DNA of 64,000 nt from an uncultured Gammaproteobacteria bacterium (GTDB lineage: Bacteria > Patescibacteriota > Microgenomatia > Levybacterales > GWA1-39-11): NCBI GenBank assembly GCA_964409875.1, contig CAYPEN010000004.1, forward strand, positions 107,784 through 171,783, given 5' to 3'. The notes under the pieces are model-generated. The model did not search any database. It saw nothing but the letters and a program-made list of their open reading frames with translations, and was not told the DNA's origin. This document shows positions 46,291 through 58,493 of this stretch, piece after piece. The translations under genes were made by a program, and so were the position numbers. Positions within the stretch are counted from its first letter, which is position 1. Each line of letters starts with the position of its first letter.

Positions 46291-47304
46291 ATGGCAAAGC
46301 TATTGGTTACGGGTGGCGCGGGTTTTATCGGCTCCAACTTTACCCTTTATTGGGTCAATAAATATCCTGAAGACACAGTTATAGTTTTTGATAAGCTTAC
46401 TTATGCCGGGAACCTGGAGAATCTTACCTCTATAGAAAAAAAGCCAAATTACGTATTTATCCAAGGCGATATTACAAATCCTGAGATGGTTGATAATGCA
46501 ATGGAAGGAGTTGATATAGTTGTCCATTTTGCGGCAGAGTCACATGTTGACAGGTCGATAAAAGAACCTGCCGCTTTTGTGGAGACAAATGTTGTCGGCA
46601 CCCAAATCTTGCTGGATGCAGCGATAAAGCACGAGGTAAAAAGGTTCCATCATGTATCTACAGACGAAGTCTTTGGTGCACTCGCCCTTGATTCAACGGA
46701 AAAATTCAACGAAAACACACGGTATAACCCACACAGTCCCTATTCAGCAAGCAAAGCAGGTTCAGACCATCTTGTTAGAGCGTATTTTGACACGTATGGT
46801 TTGCCGATAACAATTACGAATTGTGCTAACAATTATGGTCCATATCACTTTCCAGAAAAGCTGATACCGCTTGCAATCACAAATATTCTAGAAGGGAAAA
46901 AAGTTCCTGTATACGGAGATGGACTTTATGTTCGGGATTGGTTATATGTTGAAGATCATGTTAAGGCAATTGATTTAGTTCTAAAAAACGGGAAAGTGGG
47001 GGAGACGTATTGTGTGGGAAGTATGACGCAGGATGTTAATAATTTGGAAGTGGTCAAAAAAATACTTCGTATAATGGGCAAGGGTGAGGAAGAAATTGAA
47101 TTTGTTAAGGATAGGCCGGGGCATGATAGGCGGTATGCTATAGACTGGTCAAAAATTCACAATGAGTTCGGATGGCAACCTGAGAATGATTTTGACACGT
47201 GGCTTGCAAAGACAGTTGATTGGTACAAAAATAACGAAAAATGGTGGAAAGATATTAAAAGCGGCGAATATAAAGATTATTATCGGGAACATTATGGAAA
47301 GTAA
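46291..47304 (+). CDS. rmlB: dTDP-glucose 4,6-dehydratase
   Basis: LVTGGAGFIGSNF Rossmann motif, catalytic YSASKAGSDHLVRAY; 337 aa. Confidence 0.8.
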   Translation: MAKLLVTGGAGFIGSNFTLYWVNKYPEDTVIVFDKLTYAGNLENLTSIEKKPNYVFIQGDITNPEMVDNAMEGVDIVVHFAAESHVDRSIKEPAAFVETNVVGTQILLDAAIKHEVKRFHHVSTDEVFGALALDSTEKFNENTRYNPHSPYSASKAGSDHLVRAYFDTYGLPITITNCANNYGPYHFPEKLIPLAITNILEGKKVPVYGDGLYVRDWLYVEDHVKAIDLVLKNGKVGETYCVGSMTQDVNNLEVVKKILRIMGKGEEEIEFVKDRPGHDRRYAIDWSKIHNEFGWQPENDFDTWLAKTVDWYKNNEKWWKDIKSGEYKDYYREHYGK

Positions 47305-47345
47305 ATCAGAATTAAGAATAAAGAATTACGAATTAGGGATTTAAA

Positions 47346-48281
47346 ATGAAAATTATTTTAACAGGTGCAACAGGTTTGATAGGAAGCAGGTTTGAAGAAT
47401 TGATGTTTGAGAACAACGAAATAATCCCCCTGTCTTCGAAAGATACACATATACCAAGTTGGGATTCAGTGGCAACTTTTTTTGATTGGAAGGTGAAAGG
47501 TCAGGTTGATGCAATCATCCATTTAGCTGCAAAAACAGATGTTGATGGATGTGAACAAGATAAGGAGGAAGACTTGCGTTTGATTCGAGAGAACGTGGAT
47601 GAAAGGAAAAATACTACATTTCATAATATTGTTTGGAAGCCAGAAGATTGGTTTGGAAGTACATCTGCTTTTGCAATAAATTTCATTGGAACAAGAAACC
47701 TATATGAAGAAGCAAAGCAAAGAGGAATTAAGTTCATCTATATTTCCACCGATTTTGTTTTTAAAGGCAATGGCAGATATGATGAAGAGTCAGTGCCCGA
47801 TCCTATCAATTGGTATGGCATGACAAAATGGTATGGTGAAAGGTTGATTAACGTAGAAAATGACCTCATCGTCAGGTTGTCTTTTCCGTACGGTTATCCG
47901 AGCCCGGTAAAACCGGATTTTATACAAAAGCTTATAGGATTCTTGCGAGACAGGGAAGAGGTATCATTAATAGAAGATCAGACGATAACTCCGACGTTTA
48001 TAGACGATATTGTGTATGGGTTGGATTTTCTTCTCCAGAAAAAGGCTACCGGAATCTATAACCTGACAGGTTCAAGCTTTGAAGACCCATACCACATTGG
48101 ACATATGATAAAAGATGCATTTGGATTTGCTACGAAAATAAACGCAACGACCAGGGAACAAATTTATAAAGGCAAAGCGGAGCGTCCCTTCCAATCAATT
48201 ATGAGAAATGATAAACTAGTACATCTTGGATTTAAGCCAAAAACCTTCGAAGAGGGTTTGAATTTGATAAAAAGTGCTTAA
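47346..48281 (+). CDS. rmlD: dTDP-4-dehydrorhamnose reductase-like (RmlD family) with an internal insertion
   Basis: ILTGATGLIGSRF, IHLAAKTDVD, ISTDFVFKG, YGMTKWYGE, EDQTITPTF blocks follow the RmlD pattern. Confidence 0.55.
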   Translation: MKIILTGATGLIGSRFEELMFENNEIIPLSSKDTHIPSWDSVATFFDWKVKGQVDAIIHLAAKTDVDGCEQDKEEDLRLIRENVDERKNTTFHNIVWKPEDWFGSTSAFAINFIGTRNLYEEAKQRGIKFIYISTDFVFKGNGRYDEESVPDPINWYGMTKWYGERLINVENDLIVRLSFPYGYPSPVKPDFIQKLIGFLRDREEVSLIEDQTITPTFIDDIVYGLDFLLQKKATGIYNLTGSSFEDPYHIGHMIKDAFGFATKINATTREQIYKGKAERPFQSIMRNDKLVHLGFKPKTFEEGLNLIKSA

Positions 48282-48384
48282 TTATACCGACAACTCTTGT
48301 TCAAATGTCCAACTGGCCATTTGAACTGAGACTCTCGGTATAATGTTCGCTTATGGACTTGATTATAGAAAAGAAGCTCACATT

Positions 48385-49679
48385 ATGAAAATCACATTTA
48401 TTGGACACGGATACGTAGGATTGGTCAGCGCCACAATTTTTGCAGATCTTGGCAACGATGTAACCGTTATTGGTCATACTCCGGAAACAGTTACAAATCT
48501 TAACAAAGGAATGGTTCATATCTATGAGCCGGGACTTACAGAGCTGGTGCAGAAAAATTTAGATGCAAAAAGGCTGAGATTTACATTGGATTATGAAAGT
48601 GTAAAAGAAGCTGAGCTTGTATTTATTGCAGTTGGAACGCCTCCAAAAGAGACAGGTGAAGCTGATCTTACAACTGTCCTTGAAGTAGCGGAGCAAATTG
48701 CAAAGAACATGTCAGGGTATACGGTTTTGGTAACGAAGAGCACAGTACCAATAGGCACGAACAAAAAGATTAAAGCATTAGTAGATAGTGTGAAGGACGC
48801 GAAGGCTGAGTTTGATGTTGCCTCATGTCCTGAATTTTTGCGTCAAGGGTCGGCAATTTCGGATACTCTGTATCCTGACAGAATAGTTATCGGTACTGAA
48901 ACACAAAAGGCTCAAGAGCTTTTGGTTGAGCTCCATAAGCCACTTCAAGAAAACACCAATTGCCCCTGGGTTTTGTGCAATCTCGAAACAGCTGAAATGA
49001 TAAAGTACGCGGCAAATTCTTTCTTGGCGATGAAAATATCCTTTGCTAATTCTATAGCACAGCTTTCAGAAGTGACAGGAGCAGATGCTATTCGCGTTCT
49101 TGAGGGAATAGGATTTGATAAAAGAATCGGAACATATTTCTTGCAGCCAGGTGCAGGATACGGTGGTAGTTGCTTTCCAAAGGACGTGAAGGCTCTTATT
49201 TCAATTGCGCAAGGATTTGATTATGATTTCAAACTTCTGAAAGAGGTAGAAAATGTCAATCATTCTGCAAAAAAAGCTATAGTGCATAAAGCCGAGAAAA
49301 TACTGGGAGACTTGAATGGAAAGAAAATCGGAGTGTTGGGACTGGCATTTAAGCCAAATACTGATGACATGAGGTTTGCTCCCTCTATTGAAATTACGAA
49401 ATGGTTAGTCGAAAAAGGTGCTACCGTTCATGCGTACGATCCACAGTCGATGGAAAAAGCAAAAAAAGTAATCGAGGGAATATCGTACGCGCAGGATATG
49501 TATGAGGTGGCAAAAGATGCGGATCTTCTTATCGTCATTACCGATTGGAACGAATTTAAGGAAATGGATTTAGGTCGTATCAAAGAGATGATGAAGTCTC
49601 CAAATCTCATAGACGCCCGAAATATTTATGATAAAGAAAAAATGGCCTCCCATGGATTTACCTACCAGGGAGTAGGAAG

Positions 49680-49683
<4 letters not shown>
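48385..49683 (+). CDS. ugd: UDP-glucose 6-dehydrogenase
   Basis: MKITFIGHGYVGLVSA N-terminus; GGSCFPKD catalytic Cys motif. Confidence 0.8.
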
Positions 49684-51625
<1,942 letters not shown>

Positions 51626-51693
51626 TTCATTTTACTAACCTCTATAAATCCCTTTTTTGATACAATAGAAATGAACTTTAATTCGCTACGTCA

Positions 51694-51724
51694 AAAATTT
51701 TAATTGCAGGTGGTGCAGGATTTA
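51694..51724 (+). repeat. degenerate duplicate of the 5' end of the downstream uxs-like gene (31-nt identical core), lacking a start codon
   Basis: aaaattttaattgcaggtggtgcaggattta occurs at 51694-51724 and again at 51791-51821 (codons KILIAGGAGF of the real gene). Confidence 0.6.
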
Positions 51725-51784
51725 CGATTTGGGAAAATCGCAAATCTGGTATCACTTAAAGTTTGTGTTTGATTAGTGTTGTGT

Positions 51785-52750
51785 ATGAGTAAAATTTTAA
51801 TTGCAGGTGGTGCAGGATTTATCGGATCGAATCTTTCCGAGAAGCTACTTTCAGAGGGGCATGAGGTGGTAGCAGTTGACAATTTGGTGTCTAGTGGGGA
51901 GATAAATGTAAAAAAACTCGAATCAAATCCTTCGTTCCGTTTTGTCCATCATGATGTTGTGCAACCATTACCTGATGGTCTTACTGCAGAATTTGTTTTT
52001 CATTTAGCCTCTCCAGCGTCCCCTAACCATCATAGTAAAATTTCATACCACGCACTTCCTATGGAGACTATGCTTGTTAATACAACAGGCACCCTGGAGC
52101 TTCTCAAATTTGCACAAAAGAATAATGCAAAGTTCTTATTTGCGTCCACATCGGAAATATATGGCGACCCACTGGAGCATCCACAAAAAGAAGATTACAG
52201 GGGAAATGTATCGACAACCGGTCCACGCTCAGTTTATGATGAAGCAAAAAGATTCGGAGAAACACTTACGTCCTATTTCTGGCGTGAAAGAGGGATAGAT
52301 GCCAGGATAGCCAGGATATTCAATACATATGGTCCCAATATGCACAAGGATGATTTGAGAATGATTGTGCGATTTATTATGCAAGGACTGAGAAATGAAC
52401 CGATAACACTTTTTGGTGATGGAAGCCAAACGCGTTCACTTTGTTATATAGATGACTTATGTGAAGGATTGACAAGACTTATGTTCTATGAGAATACGCG
52501 TGGAGAAATTATCAATCTTGGAAACCCGGAGGAACATACTGTGGCCGAATATGCCCAAATTGTAAAACGCTTGTTGAATTCACAAAGTGAGATAGTGCAA
52601 TCCGAGGAGTTACCAAAGGATGATCCTGCAAGACGTTGCCCGGATATAACAAAAGCGAGAAATATTCTCTCATGGGAACCAAAGATGGGGTTGGAAGAAG
52701 GACTTGTGAAAATGATTGAGTACGTCAAAAATTTGGACGTTGAAGTATAA
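51785..52750 (+). CDS. UDP-glucuronate decarboxylase (UDP-xylose synthase)-like SDR
   Basis: ILIAGGAGFIGSNL, ASTSEIYGDP, YDEAKRFGE match UXS/ArnA-decarboxylase family; located right after ugd. Confidence 0.6.
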   Translation: MSKILIAGGAGFIGSNLSEKLLSEGHEVVAVDNLVSSGEINVKKLESNPSFRFVHHDVVQPLPDGLTAEFVFHLASPASPNHHSKISYHALPMETMLVNTTGTLELLKFAQKNNAKFLFASTSEIYGDPLEHPQKEDYRGNVSTTGPRSVYDEAKRFGETLTSYFWRERGIDARIARIFNTYGPNMHKDDLRMIVRFIMQGLRNEPITLFGDGSQTRSLCYIDDLCEGLTRLMFYENTRGEIINLGNPEEHTVAEYAQIVKRLLNSQSEIVQSEELPKDDPARRCPDITKARNILSWEPKMGLEEGLVKMIEYVKNLDVEV

Positions 52751-52752
52751 CT

Positions 52753-53901
52753 ATGAAAATATTTGTCATACCTGCTACTTATAATGAAGCGGATAATATT
52801 GAAAAATTTATTACCATTCTTGAGGAAGAGGTATTTCCCAAAATTAAAGGACACCAGATGCATATCCTTGTTGCTGACGATTATTCTCCGGACGGTACGG
52901 GAGCAATCGTTAGAAAACTCATGGAAAAATACGATAACTTGGGTATTAATGAGGGTGAAAAGAAAGGATTGGGTGCAGCGTATTTACGGACGATGGGGTA
53001 TGCTATAGAGCATCTCGGAGCAGATGTTGTAATAAGTATTGATGCGGACTTCCAATTTAACCCTCATGATCTTCCACGTTTTGTTGAAAAAATAGATGAG
53101 GGATACGACGTTGTTATTCAGAGTAGATATAGTGGAGGTGGTTCTATTCCCCAGAACTGGCCTCTGCAACGGAAGGTTTTTTCAGTAGTTGCCAATTTAT
53201 TCGTGAGGAGTGTTTTTATGCGTTTTAGTATCCACGATTGGACGGGAGGGTTCAGGGCAATACGCAAAGAAGTTTTTGAGAAAGTGAGACATGAAATGAA
53301 AGGATACAATGGCTACATATTTCAAATCGCTTTTCTTCATAACGCCGTTCAGAAAGGGTACCGTATCGGAGAGGTGCCATTACACTTTTCGGATAGAAAG
53401 CTTGGTAATTCCAAAATTGCCCCTCTACAATACATTCTTAATGTTGTTTCATTCGTTCTTATAGCACGGGCAAAGGAGCTTATGTTTGGTTCATTTGGAA
53501 AATTTATTATTGTCGGTGGCATCGGTTTTATTATCAACGCAATTGCGCTTAAAATTTTAGTTGAGAAGTTTGGGTGGGTTGCATACTTAGCTAACCTAAT
53601 TGGTGCGGTTCTTGCAATATTTTCCAATTATAATCTTAACAATTTATGGACGTTTAGGCATCATAAAGCTGAAGGAATTGGAGAATATTTTATAAAGCTC
53701 CTGCAGTTTTACGCAACTTCTGCGTTTGGTGTTATTTTTATACAAACGGGAACGATATTTGTAGGCGTACATTTTTTAACCGGACAAAAAGATTACTTTC
53801 TCTATTTCTTATTTGGAACCGCAATACTTTTGGTTTGGAACTTCTTTATATACTCAAAAGTAATTTGGAAAAAGAAAAAAAAGACTTCTGTTCATGATTA
53901 A
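52753..53901 (+). CDS. GT2 polyprenyl-phosphate glycosyltransferase (DPM1/GtrB-like) fused to C-terminal GtrA-like membrane domain
   Basis: IFVIPATYNEADNIEKFI...VADDYSPDGT...DADFQ (DxD) then 4 TM GtrA-like segment. Confidence 0.75.
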   Translation: MKIFVIPATYNEADNIEKFITILEEEVFPKIKGHQMHILVADDYSPDGTGAIVRKLMEKYDNLGINEGEKKGLGAAYLRTMGYAIEHLGADVVISIDADFQFNPHDLPRFVEKIDEGYDVVIQSRYSGGGSIPQNWPLQRKVFSVVANLFVRSVFMRFSIHDWTGGFRAIRKEVFEKVRHEMKGYNGYIFQIAFLHNAVQKGYRIGEVPLHFSDRKLGNSKIAPLQYILNVVSFVLIARAKELMFGSFGKFIIVGGIGFIINAIALKILVEKFGWVAYLANLIGAVLAIFSNYNLNNLWTFRHHKAEGIGEYFIKLLQFYATSAFGVIFIQTGTIFVGVHFLTGQKDYFLYFLFGTAILLVWNFFIYSKVIWKKKKKTSVHD

Positions 53902-55462
53902 GCGCATTAAGAAATATATCGCCATTCATAAAAAGGAGATATTTATTCTGTTTGTTCTACTGGCTCTTGCTGCTTTTTTGAGACTCTACAAAATCTCCGA
54001 CTATATGACTTTTTTAGGAGATGAGGGAAGAGATGCGATTGTTGCCAAAGATATTCTCCATGGTCAATTTACATTATTGGGTCCAAGAGCATCAGCGGGA
54101 GATTTCTTTCTGGGACCTATTTACTATTACATGATGGCGCCATTTCTTCTGTTTGCAAATTATGACCCGGTTGGCCCTGCTATTATGATAGCTCTTTTTG
54201 GAATAGCGACAGTCTTTCTTGTGTATTATGTTGGACTCAAGTTTTTCAATGCAAAGGCAGGACTTGTTGCCGCTTCTTTGTATGCAGTTTCCCCTTTGGT
54301 TATTGCGTACTCCCGTTCCTCATGGAATCCAAATGCAATGCCTTTTTTTTCTCTTTTGATGTTGTTCCTTCTGTATCGTGCAGTAACACAACAGTCAAAA
54401 AAAGCCTTTTTTGTTGTCGGATTGCTGTTAGGAGTTGCGATGCAACTTCATTATCTTACTACTTTTTTGGCGGTTATCATTTTTTCCTTTGTCCTTGTCG
54501 GCGATTTCCTTGCCGGAAAAAAGCAAGTGTTTAAAAGCTTAATATGGCATTATATTGAAATATTTGTAGGCTTTCTTGTTGCGTTCTCGCCATTTCTTGC
54601 TTTCGAGATACGTCATGGATTCCCGAATACTATTGCAATTTTTAGGTTTGTTTTTTCGGACAATACAACAAAATCATATGTGTTGCATCATTCTTTCGCT
54701 GGGAATATTGCAGATATATTCTTCCGCATTTTTGGAAGACTCGTTACCAAATTTCCACCGCAGGAGCAGCTAAAAATCTACAATTCCAACGAATTGTTAA
54801 TATGGCAAATTCTGACAATAGTTTTAGCACTAGTAGCAATAGGTGCGTTGGTTTTCGTAAAAGACAAATTAAAAGTGATGCTTTTGTCATTCTGGTTATT
54901 TTTTGGCGTATTTCTCTTCGGTATATATAAGAAGGACATATACGATTATTATTTGGGGTTTCTTTTTCCATTGCCATTTCTTCTCATTGGAAATTTTATA
55001 AGCGTTCTTTCTGAGAAAATAAAACCCAAAAAAGCCGGGGTTATTGTTGGTATTGGTGCATTTATTATTTTATTTTTGGTAAATCTTTCAGGTTATCCAT
55101 TTCAATTTCCGGGTAACAGACAGAAGGACCAGGCAAAGAAGATTTCTGAATTTGTATTAGCAAAGACAGGAGGCCAACCATTTAACTTTGCACTCATGAC
55201 AGATGGTAATTCTGACCATTTGTACCGGTATTTTTTTGAGGTTGAAAATAGGGAACCAGTAACAATTGAAAATATTGCTCTTGACCCCCAACGAAAAAGT
55301 GTAACATCCCAACTCCTGATAGTTTGTGAGAAAAAAGTTTGTGAACCTCTTGGATATTCATTGTGGGAAATTGCCGGGTTCGGGAGAGCTGAAATAGCAG
55401 GAAGATGGAGTGTGCCGCCAGTTACCGTATTACGACTCATTCATTACAAAGAAAAATCGTGA
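53894..55462 (+). CDS. GT-C membrane glycosyltransferase (ArnT/PMT family, GT83/GT39-like)
   Basis: N-terminal TM + loop FLGDEGRDAIVAKDILHG typical of ArnT/PMT; about 12 TM; 522 aa. Confidence 0.7.
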   Translation: MIKRIKKYIAIHKKEIFILFVLLALAAFLRLYKISDYMTFLGDEGRDAIVAKDILHGQFTLLGPRASAGDFFLGPIYYYMMAPFLLFANYDPVGPAIMIALFGIATVFLVYYVGLKFFNAKAGLVAASLYAVSPLVIAYSRSSWNPNAMPFFSLLMLFLLYRAVTQQSKKAFFVVGLLLGVAMQLHYLTTFLAVIIFSFVLVGDFLAGKKQVFKSLIWHYIEIFVGFLVAFSPFLAFEIRHGFPNTIAIFRFVFSDNTTKSYVLHHSFAGNIADIFFRIFGRLVTKFPPQEQLKIYNSNELLIWQILTIVLALVAIGALVFVKDKLKVMLLSFWLFFGVFLFGIYKKDIYDYYLGFLFPLPFLLIGNFISVLSEKIKPKKAGVIVGIGAFIILFLVNLSGYPFQFPGNRQKDQAKKISEFVLAKTGGQPFNFALMTDGNSDHLYRYFFEVENREPVTIENIALDPQRKSVTSQLLIVCEKKVCEPLGYSLWEIAGFGRAEIAGRWSVPPVTVLRLIHYKEKS

Positions 55463-55722
55463 CAATAGAAAAGAAAGTTTTCAAAAAATATTTTCAAGAC
55501 ATAATTGATGGAAAAAAAAGCTTTGAAGTAAGGCTCGCAGATTTTTCATGTGGCATAGGAGATGTGCTTTTATTAAAAGAGTGGGATGAGATAAAAAAAG
55601 AATTCACTGGCCGTCAAATAGAAAGGAAGATAAAATACCTAATCAGAACAAAAGACCTTACTTTTTGGGACGCTAGCGAAATTGCTAAATATGGGTATCT
55701 AATAATAGGACTTGATAGCTAA
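55405..55722 (+). CDS. ASCH-like (DUF3850-type) small protein
   Basis: KSFEVRLADF...GDVLLLKEW pattern of ASCH/DUF3850. Real start may be GTG 55459 overlapping the upstream stop (GTGA). Confidence 0.35.
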   Translation: MECAASYRITTHSLQRKIVTIEKKVFKKYFQDIIDGKKSFEVRLADFSCGIGDVLLLKEWDEIKKEFTGRQIERKIKYLIRTKDLTFWDASEIAKYGYLIIGLDS

Positions 55723-56048
55723 TATCCTAAGAAATGGAGCCTAAGAACACCGGTTGAAAGCAGAACAAAAAGTAAAATATCAAAAGCTACAATAATCCCC
55801 GACGCTGCGGTTATAGCTGTTATATCATGTTTAAGATACGCAATGTCTTTTTGTTCGTAGGTGTCAACTTCCCTATTTTGTGACGGTTTTTCCGCAGTTT
55901 CTTTTTTCTCTTTAATACCGGAAACCGAGTACGTAGGAGAGTCTGTATGGACATGTATATGACGTAATTCCTCTGTATGACGGATGTGTGCGGTTTCTTT
56001 TTGCTTTCTCGTCTTTCTCTTCTTTGACATGGCCTCAAAAGTTATCAT
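55719..56048 (-). CDS. hypothetical tail-anchored small membrane protein with basic N-terminus
   Basis: MSKKRKTRKQKE... then C-terminal TM (IIVAFDILLFVLL). Confidence 0.3.
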   Translation of the reverse strand: MITFEAMSKKRKTRKQKETAHIRHTEELRHIHVHTDSPTYSVSGIKEKKETAEKPSQNREVDTYEQKDIAYLKHDITAITAASGIIVAFDILLFVLLSTGVLRLHFLGY

Positions 56049-56087
56049 ATTGACACATTATTTGCAAGAGACTAAAATGAATTCTCT

Positions 56088-56561
56088 ATGAGTTTTATCC
56101 CCCTGTTTGTAGGTGTTATCCTTCTTGTTTGGTGTGGCGCTCTTTCTTATATACTATTTATGCAGCAGAAAAATATCCAAAAAGTTACAAGAGGTGGAAA
56201 GAGAGAGAGTATAATAGAGCTACTCAGCGAAGTACTTGAAACAGAGAAAAATCTTGGAAAAAACCTCAATGACGTGAAGCGAAAAGTTGAGGGCTTGATA
56301 TTTGATTCGCAATTATATATACAAAAGATAGGCCTTGTAAGGTTTAATCCCTTTAATGATACGGGCGGTGACCAAAGTTTCATTTTGGCATTAATCGATT
56401 CTGAAGATTCAGGAGTTGTTATATCGGGACTTCACACAAGAAATGGAACTCGTTGGTATGCCAAGAAAGTTGAGAACGGCAAGGGAGTAGAGCATGAATT
56501 GTCTCTCGATGAGATAAAAGCTATCAAATCCGCGACAAGAAGGAAGCCAAAACAAATATGA
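56088..56561 (+). CDS. DUF4446-like membrane-anchored protein
   Basis: N-terminal TM; RFNPFNDTGGDQSFILALID...GVVISGLHTRNGTRWYAKKV resembles DUF4446 core (recalled from memory). Confidence 0.4.
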   Translation: MSFIPLFVGVILLVWCGALSYILFMQQKNIQKVTRGGKRESIIELLSEVLETEKNLGKNLNDVKRKVEGLIFDSQLYIQKIGLVRFNPFNDTGGDQSFILALIDSEDSGVVISGLHTRNGTRWYAKKVENGKGVEHELSLDEIKAIKSATRRKPKQI

Positions 56562-57760
56562 GAGAAGAAGATTTTGAGTCAAAAAAGAACAATATGAATG
56601 TAAAAATAATTACTATTGGTGTCATCGTATACATAGCGAGCGCTTTGGTTTCTTTTATTGTTTTTAGCCGTTATGGTGGCAGTCTATCCTCTGTTTCTTC
56701 ACCGGTTCCACAGCCTGTTAAAACAAGTTCAGGAAAATTGGTGTTCGATGACACATTGCCCAAAACCGAAGAATGTCCGATAAACGGTGTAAAGTACTCG
56801 AAGCAACAACGCGCATGGTGGGAGAAGCATGAACCTCTGGGAATAATGATAGAAAATCATGAAGAAGCACGCCCTCAGAGTGGAATGACTTTTGCCGATA
56901 TTACGTATGAGGCGATTGCTGAGGGTGGTATCACCCGGTTTCTTAATATTTTCTATTGCCAGGATGCGGAAGTTGTGGGTCCTGTCCGTTCCGCACGAAC
57001 ATATTTCATAGATTTTCTTTCTGAATATGGTTCATTCCCCTTATATGCACATGTAGGGGGTGCCAATTCCGATGGTCCTGCTGATGCTTTAGGACAAATA
57101 GAAAGCTACGGTTGGGCAGGGGCCAATGATCTCAATCAGTTTTCAATAGGATTCCCCGTTTTCTTACGCGATTATGACAGACTTGGACGGACTGTTGCGA
57201 CAGAACACACAATGTACTCCTCGACTACAAAATTATGGGATTATGCAGCAAAAAACAGAAAAATCACAAACGTAAATGAAAAGGGAGAGAGTTGGACGAA
57301 AAACTTTACTCCGTATACATTTAAAGAAGATGCAGCGGTCGGCACCAGACCTGCTACGCAGACTATTGGCTTTGATTTCTGGGACGGATACGATGCTTAT
57401 GGAGTAAGCTGGGCTTATGACAAGGCTACCAACTCATATCTTCGTTCGAATGGCGGAAAACCTCATACTGATTTAGTTACGAAAAAACAATTGGCTGCCC
57501 GTAATATCGTTATTCTATTTATGAAGGAAAGCCGCGCTAATGACGGATATGAGGGAAATTTACACATGCTTTATGGGACTAAGGGGACGGGGAATGCCAA
57601 AATTTTCATGGACGGCACCGAAATTGACGGAACATGGTCAAAGAAAAATAGAACCGCTCATCTTTATATAAAAGACAAGCGAGGTAAAGATATAGAATTT
57701 AATAGGGGAAGGATTTGGTTTGAAGTCGTCTCTCCAACAACAGAAATCACTGTTAAATAG
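56558..57760 (+). CDS. DUF3048 (YerB-like) family protein, membrane-anchored
   Basis: ATGA coupling to the upstream gene; IENHEEARPQSGMTFADITYEAIAEGGITRF resembles the DUF3048 N-domain motif. Confidence 0.45.
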   Translation: MREEDFESKKNNMNVKIITIGVIVYIASALVSFIVFSRYGGSLSSVSSPVPQPVKTSSGKLVFDDTLPKTEECPINGVKYSKQQRAWWEKHEPLGIMIENHEEARPQSGMTFADITYEAIAEGGITRFLNIFYCQDAEVVGPVRSARTYFIDFLSEYGSFPLYAHVGGANSDGPADALGQIESYGWAGANDLNQFSIGFPVFLRDYDRLGRTVATEHTMYSSTTKLWDYAAKNRKITNVNEKGESWTKNFTPYTFKEDAAVGTRPATQTIGFDFWDGYDAYGVSWAYDKATNSYLRSNGGKPHTDLVTKKQLAARNIVILFMKESRANDGYEGNLHMLYGTKGTGNAKIFMDGTEIDGTWSKKNRTAHLYIKDKRGKDIEFNRGRIWFEVVSPTTEITVK

Positions 57761-57854
57761 TTTTCATTCTTTTTTCTCTTGAATGTTTGTTTTGTTAAGC
57801 AGAGCTTGCCCTTGCGAAATTAGCAAGGGTAGTATAATATATGTACTCAAAGAT

Positions 57855-58433
57855 ATGTTTGATGATCTCATCACCTCTAAAACCCGTATTAAAATACTTC
57901 ACCTATTTTTAGGAAATCTCGGGGAGATGTTTCACGTTAGAGAAATCGTACGCCGAGTCGATGAAGAGATAAATGCGGTACGCAGGGAACTGATGCTCCT
58001 TGAAAAAAAGGGCATTCTTAACCGGGAGGCACGCGCCAATAGAGTTTATTATTCTCTTGATACTACATATCCTTTCTACTACGACCTTGTAAAAATTTAT
58101 GCAAAAGAATCAGGACTTGGTAGGGATATTATAAAAAATAGGGTAAAGTTGGGAAAAATTAAATACGCAATGCTTTCAGGTGATTTTGCAAGAAATTTAC
58201 CGAATAGTGGAGAAAGTGTCGATTTGTTGGTTGTAGGGATTGTGGTTCTCCCCGAATTATCCTTGCTTATTAAGAAAGAAGAGGAAATGAAAAAAAGAGA
58301 AATAAATTATACAATTATGAATGAGGACGAATTCAATTTCCGCAAGGGACGACGAGATCCATTTATTGCTTCTATAATTTATGGATCAAGGGTCATGCTC
58401 ATCGGTGATGAAGAATCGTTGGTGAAAGAATAA
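57855..58433 (+). CDS. winged-helix (ArsR/MarR-like) transcriptional regulator with C-terminal extension
   Basis: SKTRIKILHLFLGNLGEMFHVREIVRRV...ELMLLEKKGIL wHTH. A longer form from ATG 57783 is possible. Confidence 0.4.
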   Translation: MFDDLITSKTRIKILHLFLGNLGEMFHVREIVRRVDEEINAVRRELMLLEKKGILNREARANRVYYSLDTTYPFYYDLVKIYAKESGLGRDIIKNRVKLGKIKYAMLSGDFARNLPNSGESVDLLVVGIVVLPELSLLIKKEEEMKKREINYTIMNEDEFNFRKGRRDPFIASIIYGSRVMLIGDEESLVKE

Positions 58434-58493
58434 TAAAAATAATTCCAACTTATCCATTTGTGGTGTATTACTTGTTAGCAAATTGAAATTATT

